A stretch of 64,000 nucleotides of DNA, from contig CAWIGG010000005.1 of the NCBI GenBank assembly GCA_963835575.1, positions 1-64,000 on the forward strand, in the 5' to 3' direction. Made by a program: the position numbers and the translations under genes. Source of the DNA: an uncultured Spirochaetota bacterium (GTDB lineage Bacteria > Spirochaetota > Brevinematia > Brevinematales > JAOACQ01). How positions within the stretch are numbered: the first letter of the stretch is position 1; the number at the start of each line of letters is the position of its first letter. This document shows positions 9,509-19,727 of this stretch, one piece after another. Below the pieces are notes generated by a model. It ran no database searches, had not been told where the DNA came from, and was given only the letters and a program-made list of their open reading frames with translations.

Positions 9509-11029
9509 ATGAGCACGAATGACAATGAAAAAAGTATCATAGAGATCCAGGAACAGTTGAAAGAAAAAGAAAATTATATCATCCACCTCGAAAAACTGGT
9601 CAACGCTTATAAAAACCTCGCCGACCTCTATAATAAAGAACTTCTTGAAGCGGACAGAATGCTTCAGGCTCAGGAGATCATCCAGAACCTGATGCGCGAA
9701 GAAAAGATTGAGGCCGACCGTATGATCCAGGCCCATGAATCGCTCGGAGAACTGACCCTGATTGAAAAAAAGGAAACCGTGAAGCTTCTTGAGGCCCAGG
9801 AGAATGTCAGCCAGCTTTCCATGAAGGAACTCATTCAGAAGGATTCAACAATGCAAAAAATCCTGGAGATCAATAAAAATATCGGTTCCATCCTTGACCT
9901 TGACCTTCTGCTCAATAAAATCGTCAAAAGCCTTATGACTTCCATAAAAGCGGAACGGGGAATGCTTTTTATCCGCGAGAAGAACAAACTGGTACCGAAG
10001 ATCTTTATTAATAATGAAAACAAGAAATTTGACAATGAATATTTCAACTACTGCCAGAATATTATTCTGGATTGCGCTCATGCTCTTTCAAGCAAATTGA
10101 AAATAAACGATACGCTTAAATATAATGAAACGGAATTGAACATATCCTCACTGGCTGTTCCTCTTGTTTATAAAGATAATCTTCTGGGCGTCCTTTATAC
10201 CGATATCATTTCCAGTGAAGAAGCGTTTAAAACCAATGACCTCTTCAGCGCCGAAATATTCGCGGGCCTGGCGGCCATATCGATCAACAGTTCCCTGCTC
10301 TATCAGAGCATTAAAAAACAGAACCGGGAACTCCTGAAGCTGGTTAATCTGAAAAACGAGTTCATTACCAGGCTGTCGGACCATCTTCTCAAACCGGTTT
10401 CAAAAGCCAAAAGTGAATTGGAAAAACTGATATCCGTCAAAGACTCTGTAAATGAGGAACAAGCCCTGATGATGGAAAGCCTGAATAAAAAAATCGATCA
10501 GATAGAGAACATTGTCCAGAAAACGCTCTCTCTGGGCGAAATGGAATCCTCCGTCAATGAATTATTCAAAGACACGATTGATATAAGAGATTTTATTGAA
10601 AATAAAATATTATTAAACTATCAGAAAGCGATTAAAGAAAAAAATCTGAATATTTCCATCATCCTCCCTGATGAATTCAGGCATTTTACCGCGAATAAAG
10701 CCATGCTGAGGGTGATCCTGGATGAACTCCTGAGCAATGCGGTCCTTTACAATAAACAGAACGGCTCAATCAATGTACTGGGAAATATTAAAGAGCATCT
10801 TTTAACCATAGACATAACCGATACCGGATATGGGATCCCTGAGAAAGACCTGGATAAAATATTCCAGCAGTTCTACCGCACGGAGGAAGGCGCCAGATAT
10901 AATGAAAGCGGCGCCGGACTCGGCCTCTTTATGGTAAAAAATTCCCTCGCCTACTATGGAGGGGACATCAAAGTCCGGAGCACCCATGGCGAGGGGAGCA
11001 CGTTCACCATCTCCTTCCTGGCGCATTAA
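9509..11029 (+). CDS. Coiled-coil/GAF sensor histidine kinase with atypical H-box
   Basis: GAF domain; HATPase N/G1/F/G2 boxes (LLSNAVLY, DTGYGI, FQQFYR, GAGLGL); H-box reads SDHLLKP. Confidence 0.85.
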   Translation: MSTNDNEKSIIEIQEQLKEKENYIIHLEKLVNAYKNLADLYNKELLEADRMLQAQEIIQNLMREEKIEADRMIQAHESLGELTLIEKKETVKLLEAQENVSQLSMKELIQKDSTMQKILEINKNIGSILDLDLLLNKIVKSLMTSIKAERGMLFIREKNKLVPKIFINNENKKFDNEYFNYCQNIILDCAHALSSKLKINDTLKYNETELNISSLAVPLVYKDNLLGVLYTDIISSEEAFKTNDLFSAEIFAGLAAISINSSLLYQSIKKQNRELLKLVNLKNEFITRLSDHLLKPVSKAKSELEKLISVKDSVNEEQALMMESLNKKIDQIENIVQKTLSLGEMESSVNELFKDTIDIRDFIENKILLNYQKAIKEKNLNISIILPDEFRHFTANKAMLRVILDELLSNAVLYNKQNGSINVLGNIKEHLLTIDITDTGYGIPEKDLDKIFQQFYRTEEGARYNESGAGLGLFMVKNSLAYYGGDIKVRSTHGEGSTFTISFLAH

Positions 11030-11044
11030 TTTAATCTATAGACT

Positions 11045-11139
11045 GGATAATCCGCTAATTCACGCGAATGAACGCGAATTTGATAAGATTTTGTTTAATA
11101 ATAAACTTCTTAGCGTGTATTCGCGTGGCTTCGCGGAAG
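11045..11139. repeat. CACGCGAAT-type inverted periodic repeat, copy 1
   Basis: TAATCCGCTAAT-CACGCGAATGAACGCGAA ... ATTCGCGTGGCTTCGCGGAAG, also at 21275-21423 and 55889-55978. Confidence 0.75.
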
Positions 11140-11162
11140 ACTTGCTGTTTTTAGCTTTCAGC

Positions 11163-12896
11163 TTAAATATTCAGGAAATCCTTCCCTGAAAAGAGATAGC
11201 GCTTGATCTTTTTGGTGGATGTTTTCTGGAACTCCTCTGTCCTGATCCTCCAGCCCCTGATCTTCTTATAATCGACCAGATGTGAAGAAACCTCCCGTAT
11301 ATGCCTGGAAACAACCGACTCGATTAATTCATCGGTAATTTTTATAGAATTGATGCTTCCGTATGTATCAAAAGTCTCATAATTCGGAACTATAAAAGCG
11401 TAGATATTTTCCCCTTTGCTGTCTTCCGATTCAGGCACGCCGAGGACCAGGGATTCCAGCACAAAAGGACTGGAATTGAGCATTTCCTCCAGTTCTTCCG
11501 GATAAACATTCTTACCGCCGGGCGTAACTATAATATTCTTCTTTCTTCCTGTTATATAAAGGTAGCCTTCCTCATCAATTTTACCGATATCGCCCGAATA
11601 CAGCCAGCCGTCCGAATCAATGACATCGGCCGCGGCCTTCGTGTTCTTATAATATCCCTTCATGACATTCGGTCCTTTAACAAGCACCTCGCCGTTGCCC
11701 TGGCTGTCCGGACTGTCAATTTTTACACTCACACCGTTCAGTGGAATGCCGACGGACTCATTCTTTATCTTTCTATCCAGGCGGTTTACCGAAACGACCG
11801 GCGAAGCCTCGGTCAAACCGTAGCCGTTCAATATGGTAAGCCCGAGGGTCTCAAAACCCTTCGCGACTTTAAAATTCAACGGGGCTGCCCCCGAGACAAG
11901 GAACCTGATGGCATTGAGATTTGCCTTTTTCCTCAGAAATTTAAAGGTTGCCTTTCCGGCTTTATTGTTTGTAATCTTATTCAGTCCTGAGGTTAAATAA
12001 TATAAACCCATGATAACATGCTTGACGCCGAATGGAAGGCTCCTCACCTGTCTCATAATGCCCTCGTAAATCTTTTCAAATAACATAGGGACGCCTGCGA
12101 TTATTGTCACATTGGTTTCCTTGATATTGGCCAGCAGATGGTTCGGCTTCAGGCTTTCGGCGTAAGTGACCGTTGTTCCGTTAAAGAGCATTCCCAGCTC
12201 TATTGAAAACTCAAAAGTATGGTGCAGGGGCAGAACGGAAAGAAATGTGTCCTCAATGCCGAACGGAAGGGTTTTCGGAATGGTATTGAACTGGTGCGCG
12301 AAATTCCCATGCGAAAGCAGGACGCCTTTCGGATTGCCCGTTGTGCCCGATGTGTAGATCAGGGAAGCCATATCTTTTTCGTTTAATTCAACAGGTGTTG
12401 TTTTCGGCAGATTCGCGCGGCCTTCATCTAAAACTTCAGAAAAGCTTTTTACTTTTTTATCCAGCTTTATATTTTCTTTCATGTCATCAAAGAGAATAAA
12501 CTCATTGGCGTGCCTGATTATTTCAGGGGCTCCTGAAATATTATCAAGCAGGTTCTTTGAAATAAACATGACTTTAGCGTTGCAGTCAAATAATAAATTC
12601 TTTACTTCCAGGTCCGTCAGTCTAGCGTCCAGAGGCACGGCCCATATGCCGTTATAAACAATACCGAAATAAGCCATCAGCCATTCCGGCCTGTTTTCCG
12701 AATAGATGGCAACCATATCGCCTTTCTTTAAATGTTTTATTTTATCAAGATAAGCGGCGATATATTTTGTATTTCTTTTATAGTCATCAAAAGAATAGGT
12801 CCTGTAGCTGTTATTCTGATCCTTCATCTGGCCTGCTGTTTTCGCTCCGAATATTCCTATATAATCAACCAATTCACGGATTGTTTTTCTTTCCAT
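11163..12896 (-). CDS. Long-chain fatty acid-CoA ligase (AMP-binding)
   Basis: YTSGTTGNPKG, GYGLTE, SGDIG, GRKK. Confidence 0.9.
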   Translation of the reverse strand: MERKTIRELVDYIGIFGAKTAGQMKDQNNSYRTYSFDDYKRNTKYIAAYLDKIKHLKKGDMVAIYSENRPEWLMAYFGIVYNGIWAVPLDARLTDLEVKNLLFDCNAKVMFISKNLLDNISGAPEIIRHANEFILFDDMKENIKLDKKVKSFSEVLDEGRANLPKTTPVELNEKDMASLIYTSGTTGNPKGVLLSHGNFAHQFNTIPKTLPFGIEDTFLSVLPLHHTFEFSIELGMLFNGTTVTYAESLKPNHLLANIKETNVTIIAGVPMLFEKIYEGIMRQVRSLPFGVKHVIMGLYYLTSGLNKITNNKAGKATFKFLRKKANLNAIRFLVSGAAPLNFKVAKGFETLGLTILNGYGLTEASPVVSVNRLDRKIKNESVGIPLNGVSVKIDSPDSQGNGEVLVKGPNVMKGYYKNTKAAADVIDSDGWLYSGDIGKIDEEGYLYITGRKKNIIVTPGGKNVYPEELEEMLNSSPFVLESLVLGVPESEDSKGENIYAFIVPNYETFDTYGSINSIKITDELIESVVSRHIREVSSHLVDYKKIRGWRIRTEEFQKTSTKKIKRYLFSGKDFLNI

Positions 12897-13095
12897 ACAA
12901 TCCTCCACTTTTAAAATATTTAAATTTGCCGGACAGAAGTCAAAAGCGGAAAAGCCGCAATAGAAAAATATAATCCGCCGATTGACGACTATCGGCTGAA
13001 GTCTAATATTGTAATTTTATTAAATTTGCCGGCATCCCCAATTTAACGGACTTAATTTTAGCAAAACTAACTTTTAATAGCAAGGAATTTTTTGT

Positions 13096-13971
13096 TTAAG
13101 ACATGCTTACAGACTGCAGAATATTTAAAAAGCGCTCGTTTTTAACTATTTCAAGCTCCTGCCGGTCTTTAACCAGAAGCGCCCCGGCAAATCCGAGCGA
13201 ATTGACAGATATGTTTTCAAATTTTTCTTTCTTCCTCGGAATAAAAATCAGCCATCCGGCAGTAATGAGCAGATTATAAGGCTGCGATTGTCCGGATAGT
13301 CCGGTCCATTTCAGCAGCGCTTTATATGAATCGTATAAAAAGCCGATCATGCCTTCCTGATTTGAGCTCATTCCGTCCGGAATAAAAACAAGGCCATGCC
13401 GGAAAGCAAACTGCGGTATTCTTATTATTCCGCTTTGAATTTCAAGCTTCCGGATCAGCGGTTCGATCGGAATCCCAGGGCCATTCCCGCCGAGCGGCAG
13501 CTTAACGATTTGAAGATGCTTATGACGCTGGCTGGCGCCCGCCTTTTCGCCGCTGTTATAAAAAGCGAGCCCGTTGATTTCTTTCAGACAGAGCCAGAGC
13601 GCCTCAAAATCGGCCCGGGTAAGGAGCGATTCCTGTTCTTCAAATTGCCGCGTTACTATCAATAAATGGTTTTGTAAAACATTATATTTATTCAAGAGGC
13701 AGACATGCGTTTCCGACACGTCCGCAACGAATAATTCTTTTTCATAGGGAAGAAACGGGTCCTGTTTTTTCTTTTCAGTAGAAGAATGCTTATTATGTTC
13801 CCACCAATATTTTTCCTCTTCCGTCAGCTCTTTTAATACAAACGCGATATAATCAATCTCCTCGTCTTTGACCAGGCATAAATCAGTTGAATAACTTCGG
13901 AGAGCGCCGGACCGCAGGGCTTCCTGGTACTTCGCCGCCGCTTTACTCATAAGTGAGCCGGGTTCAATCAT
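13096..13971 (-). CDS. ATP adenylyltransferase / Ap4A phosphorylase (Apa2-like)
   Basis: DPFLP, LNKY, FYNSG..AGASQRHKHLQ (HxHxQ), NSLGFAG. Confidence 0.88.
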   Translation of the reverse strand: MIEPGSLMSKAAAKYQEALRSGALRSYSTDLCLVKDEEIDYIAFVLKELTEEEKYWWEHNKHSSTEKKKQDPFLPYEKELFVADVSETHVCLLNKYNVLQNHLLIVTRQFEEQESLLTRADFEALWLCLKEINGLAFYNSGEKAGASQRHKHLQIVKLPLGGNGPGIPIEPLIRKLEIQSGIIRIPQFAFRHGLVFIPDGMSSNQEGMIGFLYDSYKALLKWTGLSGQSQPYNLLITAGWLIFIPRKKEKFENISVNSLGFAGALLVKDRQELEIVKNERFLNILQSVSMS

Positions 13972-14004
13972 ATCGACCTCATCATATATATGTCAGGGAA
14001 TTCG

Positions 14005-14060
14005 AAACCACAGATTTCACAGATTACACCGATTTTAATATATATTTTCTGTGAAATCCA
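14005..14060. repeat. CACAGAT-type periodic repeat
   Basis: AAACCACAGATTTCACAGATTACAC ... TCTGTGAAATC. Confidence 0.6.
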
Positions 14061-14109
14061 TACATAAGAAATAATATAAACGGTTAAATAACTTAGAATT
14101 TCTGCACAA

Positions 14110-14262
14110 AAGCCGTCATTGCGAGCGCCATGCCTTCTCCCCCGCCGATGATTTTAATGCGAAGCAATCTTTCTACACCAAGACCATCTAAATGTGCTTA
14201 CAGATTGCTTCGGACTATGACTCCCGTCATAGTAGAAATCCGTCCCCTCGCAATGACGGCTT
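14110..14262. repeat. Palindromic element of the GTCATTGCGAG...CTCGCAATGAC type
   Basis: 16-bp terminal IR AAGCCGTCATTGCGAG; internal CGAAGCAATCT/AGATTGCTTCG pair. Confidence 0.75.
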
Positions 14263-14291
14263 CTGGTATTTAGGTTCCATTTCGTTATTCA

Positions 14292-15920
14292 TCATAAAAT
14301 CAAATCCTTGATATCCTCGAAAATCGGCGAAGAAGCAAGCAGGCCTTTTTCAGGATCCCTCTTTGAGATAATCTCGCCGGCTTTTCTGGAAAATCCGGGG
14401 ATCTGCTTCAGTTCCTGAAGAGAGGCGTTTTTCAAAATAAACGGCTTTGTCAAACCGACAACAGACCTCTCCCGGTACCCTATAATAAAAACCGATACCT
14501 TTGATAACAGGGGTAATATTTTCGGGATATTAACGGCTATGGGATAAGTCCCTATAGGCCGGGCAATGCTCCAGTCGCCTCGGCGCGTTTCCACAATAAC
14601 ATTCTGAATGACCGTACCCGCCGGAAATACCTTTTTTATCATCGGCATGTCAATCTCATTCCTTATTTTTTCGCGGTAGTTCCTGAAAACGGCGTCCAGT
14701 ATTTTTTCTTCCTTACGCGAGGGTTTCATTTTTTCAAAAAGGATTGTACCGGGCGAAACCCTGATCTGGCGTATATTGATGCGCCTGAGAAGGTATCCTT
14801 TATTCAATACATCCAGAAGAAATTCATAATTCATTTTAAAGGTGTCTTTACTTTCACCCATAAGCCCGCGGATCAGATTGATGCCGGGGAGGAGCTTCGG
14901 CAGCGACCCCTCTCTCGCTCCTCCGGCCGCATTGATAATTTCAACTGCTTTCATCACTTCAGCAGGGCTTGCCTTTAAAAAATTAGATTTGATAACATCC
15001 GGGTCGGCGCTTTCCATTCCCAGCGCGGCGACATCCCCCGGCGTATTATGCCCGGCGATTATTTCCGTGATCCGGTAAGACTCATCCGGAAAATTGGCCA
15101 ATGTGCCGGGATTCACATTATCCAGGTGAAGCGTCTTGATATCTGGAATGGAACTCCGGATCCCCTCATAGAGCTCCCGGATAGCGCCCGGATCAGGCCT
15201 GGAGAAACCGTTCTTCCACTCTTTCATTTCCGATCCGTAAGCATAAAGATCGGCCTGCTTTCCCAGACGGAAATGTTTAATGCCATTCCTGTAAAGTTCC
15301 CTCATTTCCTCAATAACAGCGCCGGGAGTTCTAAACTCCACTTTAAAATTGCCCTCGATGCAGAAAGAGCAATGCGAGAGCCTCGGGCAGCCGCGGCCTG
15401 TTTCTATCTCGGCGATAATCTCAGGATAGCGGGGGTGTTTCTGCAGTATAAACGCGCCGGCTTTTGAGAATCGATCCAATTCTTCCAGGGTCCGGTATCT
15501 TTCCCGGGGATTTCCCCCTTTAAAATAATCATAAAGATAGGATTCAATATCCAGGTTTATCATTTTTACATTCGGGAAGTTATTTACAGCTTGAGAAAAC
15601 TGGATCGGCCCGCCCGCGAAAAATAATGTTCCCGGGTTCCTTGAGCCTATTTTATCGATCTCGCCGCTTTTCAGGGGAATGCCGCCCAGGTATTTACCCG
15701 GTACAGGATTTCCAGCGATTATTACAGCGGTATCATAATGCTTATTTTTATCGAGAATATATTCTTCCCTTCTTAATTCTTCTATAGTGACATAATCGAT
15801 TTCTGATATACCGCTTAAAGCGGCCGCTCCCGCGGCATACCGCACATAAGTCGATACATAGGGAGGAACACCCAGGCAGGTCGGTTCATCGACAAAACCG
15901 TCTATGATAATGAAATTCAT
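14292..15920 (-). CDS. Radical SAM protein (COG1031-like, C-terminal helix-hairpin-helix)
   Basis: DGFVDEP..LGVPPY N-terminus, ETGRGCPRLSHCSFC, C-terminal ELKQIPG. Confidence 0.75.
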   Translation of the reverse strand: MNFIIIDGFVDEPTCLGVPPYVSTYVRYAAGAAALSGISEIDYVTIEELRREEYILDKNKHYDTAVIIAGNPVPGKYLGGIPLKSGEIDKIGSRNPGTLFFAGGPIQFSQAVNNFPNVKMINLDIESYLYDYFKGGNPRERYRTLEELDRFSKAGAFILQKHPRYPEIIAEIETGRGCPRLSHCSFCIEGNFKVEFRTPGAVIEEMRELYRNGIKHFRLGKQADLYAYGSEMKEWKNGFSRPDPGAIRELYEGIRSSIPDIKTLHLDNVNPGTLANFPDESYRITEIIAGHNTPGDVAALGMESADPDVIKSNFLKASPAEVMKAVEIINAAGGAREGSLPKLLPGINLIRGLMGESKDTFKMNYEFLLDVLNKGYLLRRINIRQIRVSPGTILFEKMKPSRKEEKILDAVFRNYREKIRNEIDMPMIKKVFPAGTVIQNVIVETRRGDWSIARPIGTYPIAVNIPKILPLLSKVSVFIIGYRERSVVGLTKPFILKNASLQELKQIPGFSRKAGEIISKRDPEKGLLASSPIFEDIKDLIL

Positions 15921-18430
15921 TCAATTCCTGATTTAATATTCGGTTTGTCCTGCTTCATCGATTCCTTGGCGTCTTCCAGCTCATTATAGTTGGATTTACT
16001 GCTTTCTTCCAGATTCATTTCAATATCCTTGAGATCCAGGGTATTGGTGATATTATAAATCTGCTTATCCTCGTCTTCCTTTGATGTCTCTTCTGAAATA
16101 TGCACATCGCATTTTTTCGAAGGCGACGTATTTCTTAGAAAATACTCATTAATGACATGCGGGCAATACTGCGTCGGCAGTAAACCGGTGGAAGCGCAGA
16201 CAGGCACTTCAATGACATCCGCCGGCTGATGGAAGGGAATATCCGGTGTGTTCGCCAGGATCTGCTTCATATAGCTCATCCAGACCGGCGCGGCCACAGC
16301 CGCCGCGGCGCGGTTCCTTCCCAGCGATTTGCGCGCGTCGTCAAAACCCATCCAGACGACTGTCGTCATATTTTTTGTAAAACCGGCAAACCACGCGTCT
16401 TTCCAGTTCGGCGTTGTCCCGGTCTTGCCGCCCGCCGTGTAATTAAACCCGGTATCCTTGACGGCGCCGGCGCCGGTGCCGTAATAAAGCACATCATAAA
16501 GCATGCTCTGCATAATAAAAGCGGCCCCAGGGCTGATAACCTCAGCCCTGCTGTTTTTATCCAGGTCCCTTTCCATTTCGAAATCATCCACGATCCTGCC
16601 GAACCTGTCCTTGACCTTGAGTATGGCCAGGGGTTTTACTGAAACGCCGTCATTGGCGATGGCCGAAAAGACCCTTGCCACTTCATAAGGGGAAAAAGTA
16701 CCGACCCCCAGGGCATAAGATAACGAAGGCTGTACCCTTTTTCTCATTTCATCCCTGTCTATTCCAAAATACTGCGACATGGAATCAATAATCGAATTAT
16801 AACCAAGGACCCGCAGCATATAATCCCAGATCTGTATTGAAACCACATTGACGGAATACTGCAGGGCCTGCCTGGCGCGCATTTTACCACGGAACGTGCC
16901 TTCATAATTGCGGGGTTCCCATGGCTTGCCGGACGGGTCCTCGTAGATCATGGGCATATCCATATAAACGGAAGCGGGAGTAATCAGCTTTTTTTCGATA
17001 GCCAGAGTATAATAGACCGGCTTAAAAAGCGAGCCCATCTGCCGGTGCGCCAGCATTACATGGTTGTATTGATTGGCGTAGTTAAATTCTCTTCCGCCCA
17101 CCATCGCTTCAATATAGCCGGTATTGGGATCGATGGAGATCAGCGCCCCTTCAATCTGGTCTTCTTTCTGCTTGACCAGAAGCGGCAGCTGGTAGCGGCT
17201 TTTTATCTTCTCATTCAATTGGTCCAATCCCAGAACAAAGGAAGAAAGATAGATCACGTCATTAATATTCTTATAGAGGTTTTCCAGGCGGCCCTTCACC
17301 TTGCTGGCGCCGATCTGAATATTGTCAATGCCGAAATACAAACTCATCAGGTCAATGATATCCTCATAGGACTCTTTGTATTTTTGCGAATAAGACCTTG
17401 TTTCCTTATCGTAGTTGACCTGCTCATTGGAAAGCCCTTTCTGCAGTTCGGATTCAGCCGCATCCTGCTTATCGATATCCAGTGTCGTATAAATCTGAAG
17501 CCCGCCTGAATAAAGCTTTTCCTCGCCGTATTTTTCCACTAAAAGCTGACGTATATACTCGGTAAAGAAGGGCGCTGAATTATTCTGGCTCTTCTGAACG
17601 GTAATGCCTTTTACTTTCATAATAGAAGCGTAATTATTCCAGAACTGCTCATACGCATCATCCGCTTCTTCTTTCGTTATAAAGCCCATTTTAGCCATGG
17701 TACTCAGCACGATCCTGTGCCTCGCCTGGGCTTTATATGGATATAAAATAGGCGAATAATCATTCGGGCGCTGGACCAGGCCGGCTATGAGGCTTGCTTC
17801 CGCCAGCGTCAGGTCCTGCACATTCTTATCAAAAAAATACCGCGCCGCGGCCTGGACCCCGTAACAGCCATGGCCTAAATAAACCTGGTTAAAGTACATC
17901 TCCAGGATTTCCTCTTTTGAATACTTTTTCTCAATCTGGAAGGCATACCAGAGCTCGATTATTTTTCTGAATATGCTCCTTTCACTGGTTGTAAAAAGGT
18001 TCTTGGCCAGCTGCTGCGTAATTGTTGAAGCGCCGCGCGCCCTCTTTCCCATGAGCGGGTCAACAATAACGCCGCGTATAAAAGCCAGGGGATTAAAACC
18101 CCTGTGCTGATAGAAATCGTTGTCTTCAATGGAAATAATGGCCTCTATTAATGTATCCGGAAGTTCTTTATAGGAAACAAGCTCGCGCTTCTGGAGGTAA
18201 AATTCCGTGATCAGCTTATTATTGACATCATAGACCTTTGTCGGCACGGCATAAGTGGAATAATTCTCGAGGGGCTTGATATCCTTCAATTCGGAAAAAG
18301 TTATAATGATATACGCTATAAAAATCCCAATCACGGCCCCGAGCGCGATCAGGGATATGAAAAAAATCTTCTGCATGGTCGTCAGCGGAAGTTTAAGCCT
18401 CGCTTCATGAATAAACCTTTTAAAACTCAT
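15917..18430 (-). CDS. Class A penicillin-binding protein 1A family
   Basis: TM anchor; GT51 motifs EDNDFYQH, GASTITQQL; transpeptidase SLFK, SVN, KTG. Confidence 0.93.
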   Translation of the reverse strand: MSFKRFIHEARLKLPLTTMQKIFFISLIALGAVIGIFIAYIIITFSELKDIKPLENYSTYAVPTKVYDVNNKLITEFYLQKRELVSYKELPDTLIEAIISIEDNDFYQHRGFNPLAFIRGVIVDPLMGKRARGASTITQQLAKNLFTTSERSIFRKIIELWYAFQIEKKYSKEEILEMYFNQVYLGHGCYGVQAAARYFFDKNVQDLTLAEASLIAGLVQRPNDYSPILYPYKAQARHRIVLSTMAKMGFITKEEADDAYEQFWNNYASIMKVKGITVQKSQNNSAPFFTEYIRQLLVEKYGEEKLYSGGLQIYTTLDIDKQDAAESELQKGLSNEQVNYDKETRSYSQKYKESYEDIIDLMSLYFGIDNIQIGASKVKGRLENLYKNINDVIYLSSFVLGLDQLNEKIKSRYQLPLLVKQKEDQIEGALISIDPNTGYIEAMVGGREFNYANQYNHVMLAHRQMGSLFKPVYYTLAIEKKLITPASVYMDMPMIYEDPSGKPWEPRNYEGTFRGKMRARQALQYSVNVVSIQIWDYMLRVLGYNSIIDSMSQYFGIDRDEMRKRVQPSLSYALGVGTFSPYEVARVFSAIANDGVSVKPLAILKVKDRFGRIVDDFEMERDLDKNSRAEVISPGAAFIMQSMLYDVLYYGTGAGAVKDTGFNYTAGGKTGTTPNWKDAWFAGFTKNMTTVVWMGFDDARKSLGRNRAAAAVAAPVWMSYMKQILANTPDIPFHQPADVIEVPVCASTGLLPTQYCPHVINEYFLRNTSPSKKCDVHISEETSKEDEDKQIYNITNTLDLKDIEMNLEESSKSNYNELEDAKESMKQDKPNIKSGIE

Positions 18431-18975
18431 AATTCCCCCTGAACGGCGTCGTAGCCGAGCGTCAGCGCCTGATAATTCATATTGACAATTTTCTCGCCCT
18501 TCCTTTCGAATTTATCCATGATGGCTTTTTTCAGGCTTTCCTGCTTCAGCGTTTTTGCCGCTTTGCAGTAAGCTCCCAGCATAATGACATTGACCGCTTT
18601 GGAATTCCCGAGCTTTTCCAGCGCCAGCTTTTCGATTGGGACGGGTATCACTTTACGTTTTTTAAAATCAATCCCACTATCCTGAAGGGCCGAGTTGATG
18701 ATCACCCTTCCTGTGTCCTTGACCTTCGGCAGAAACTTTGTAACGGCCGGTTTTGTGAACGCTATCAGAGTATCGGCCGCGGTAACAACGGGCGAACCTA
18801 TTTCTTTATCCGAAATAATAACATTGCAGTAGGCCGCTCCTCCGCGCATTTCCGCTCCGTAGGAAGGGAAAAAAGTCGCGTTCAATCCGTCCATTACGGC
18901 CGATTCGGCCAGCATCAAGCCGGCAGTCAGCACGCCCTGTCCGCCGAACCCTGAAATGATGATATTTTCCGTCAT
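18427..18975 (-). CDS. 2-oxoacid:ferredoxin oxidoreductase gamma subunit
   Basis: GFGGQG, SYGAEMRGG, NVIMLGA. Confidence 0.92.
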   Translation of the reverse strand: MTENIIISGFGGQGVLTAGLMLAESAVMDGLNATFFPSYGAEMRGGAAYCNVIISDKEIGSPVVTAADTLIAFTKPAVTKFLPKVKDTGRVIINSALQDSGIDFKKRKVIPVPIEKLALEKLGNSKAVNVIMLGAYCKAAKTLKQESLKKAIMDKFERKGEKIVNMNYQALTLGYDAVQGEL

Positions 18976-19727
18976 GCCTTTTCTCCTTCCATCGCATTTT
19001 TATAGACGCCGAGCGGGAATGTTTTTGTCATATCGTTTATGATCATCCGGTTGGCCTCGAGGGGCGTCAAAGCCCAGTTCGTGTTGCAGTTCGAAAGAAT
19101 TTCAATAAAGGAATAGCCTCCGGCCCCCAACTGCAGTTCAAAGGCGGTTTTTATAGCTTTTTTTGTCTGAAGGATGCCCTTAAAATCCGCGACCGTCGTC
19201 CTGACTGAGTATTTTACGGCCGGAAGCGCGGCGATCATTTCGGCCATCTTCATCGGATAGCCTTCCGTGGCAGCATTTCTGCCTTTCGGCGTCGTAGCCG
19301 TTTTCTGCCCGATCATGGTGGTCGGCGCCATCTGGCCGCCGGTCATCCCGTAATTGGCGTTATTGATAAATATGACGGTGATATTTTCGCCCCTGTTCGC
19401 CGTATGGACCGTCTCGGCCATGCCGATGGAAGCCAGGTCGCCGTCGCCCTGATAGCAAATGACAAGCCTGTCGGGAAGGACCCTTTTGATCCCCACCGCA
19501 ACCGCGGAAGCCCTGCCATGCGCCGCTTCGCTCGTGTCGAAATTCCAGTAATCATAGGCCAGCACGGCGCAGCCCACCGGAGCGATCCCGATGGTGATTT
19601 CCCTCGCTTTCAATTCGTCCACAGCCTCGCAGATCAGCCGGTGTACAATCCCATGTCCGCAGCCGGGGCAGTAATGCATCGGCGCGGAAGTCATGCTTTC
19701 CGGTCTATTAAAAATTAAGGATGCCAT
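18972..19727 (-). CDS. 2-oxoacid:ferredoxin oxidoreductase beta (TPP-binding) subunit
   Basis: YCPGCGHG, GDGD, NNANYGMTGGQ. Confidence 0.92.
   Translation of the reverse strand: MASLIFNRPESMTSAPMHYCPGCGHGIVHRLICEAVDELKAREITIGIAPVGCAVLAYDYWNFDTSEAAHGRASAVAVGIKRVLPDRLVICYQGDGDLASIGMAETVHTANRGENITVIFINNANYGMTGGQMAPTTMIGQKTATTPKGRNAATEGYPMKMAEMIAALPAVKYSVRTTVADFKGILQTKKAIKTAFELQLGAGGYSFIEILSNCNTNWALTPLEANRMIINDMTKTFPLGVYKNAMEGEKA

Noticed and set aside
11045..11139. Periodic repeats as a CRISPR array
   Set aside because: Units are 9-10 nt, inverted and dispersed; no 25-40-nt repeats with unique spacers and no cas genes
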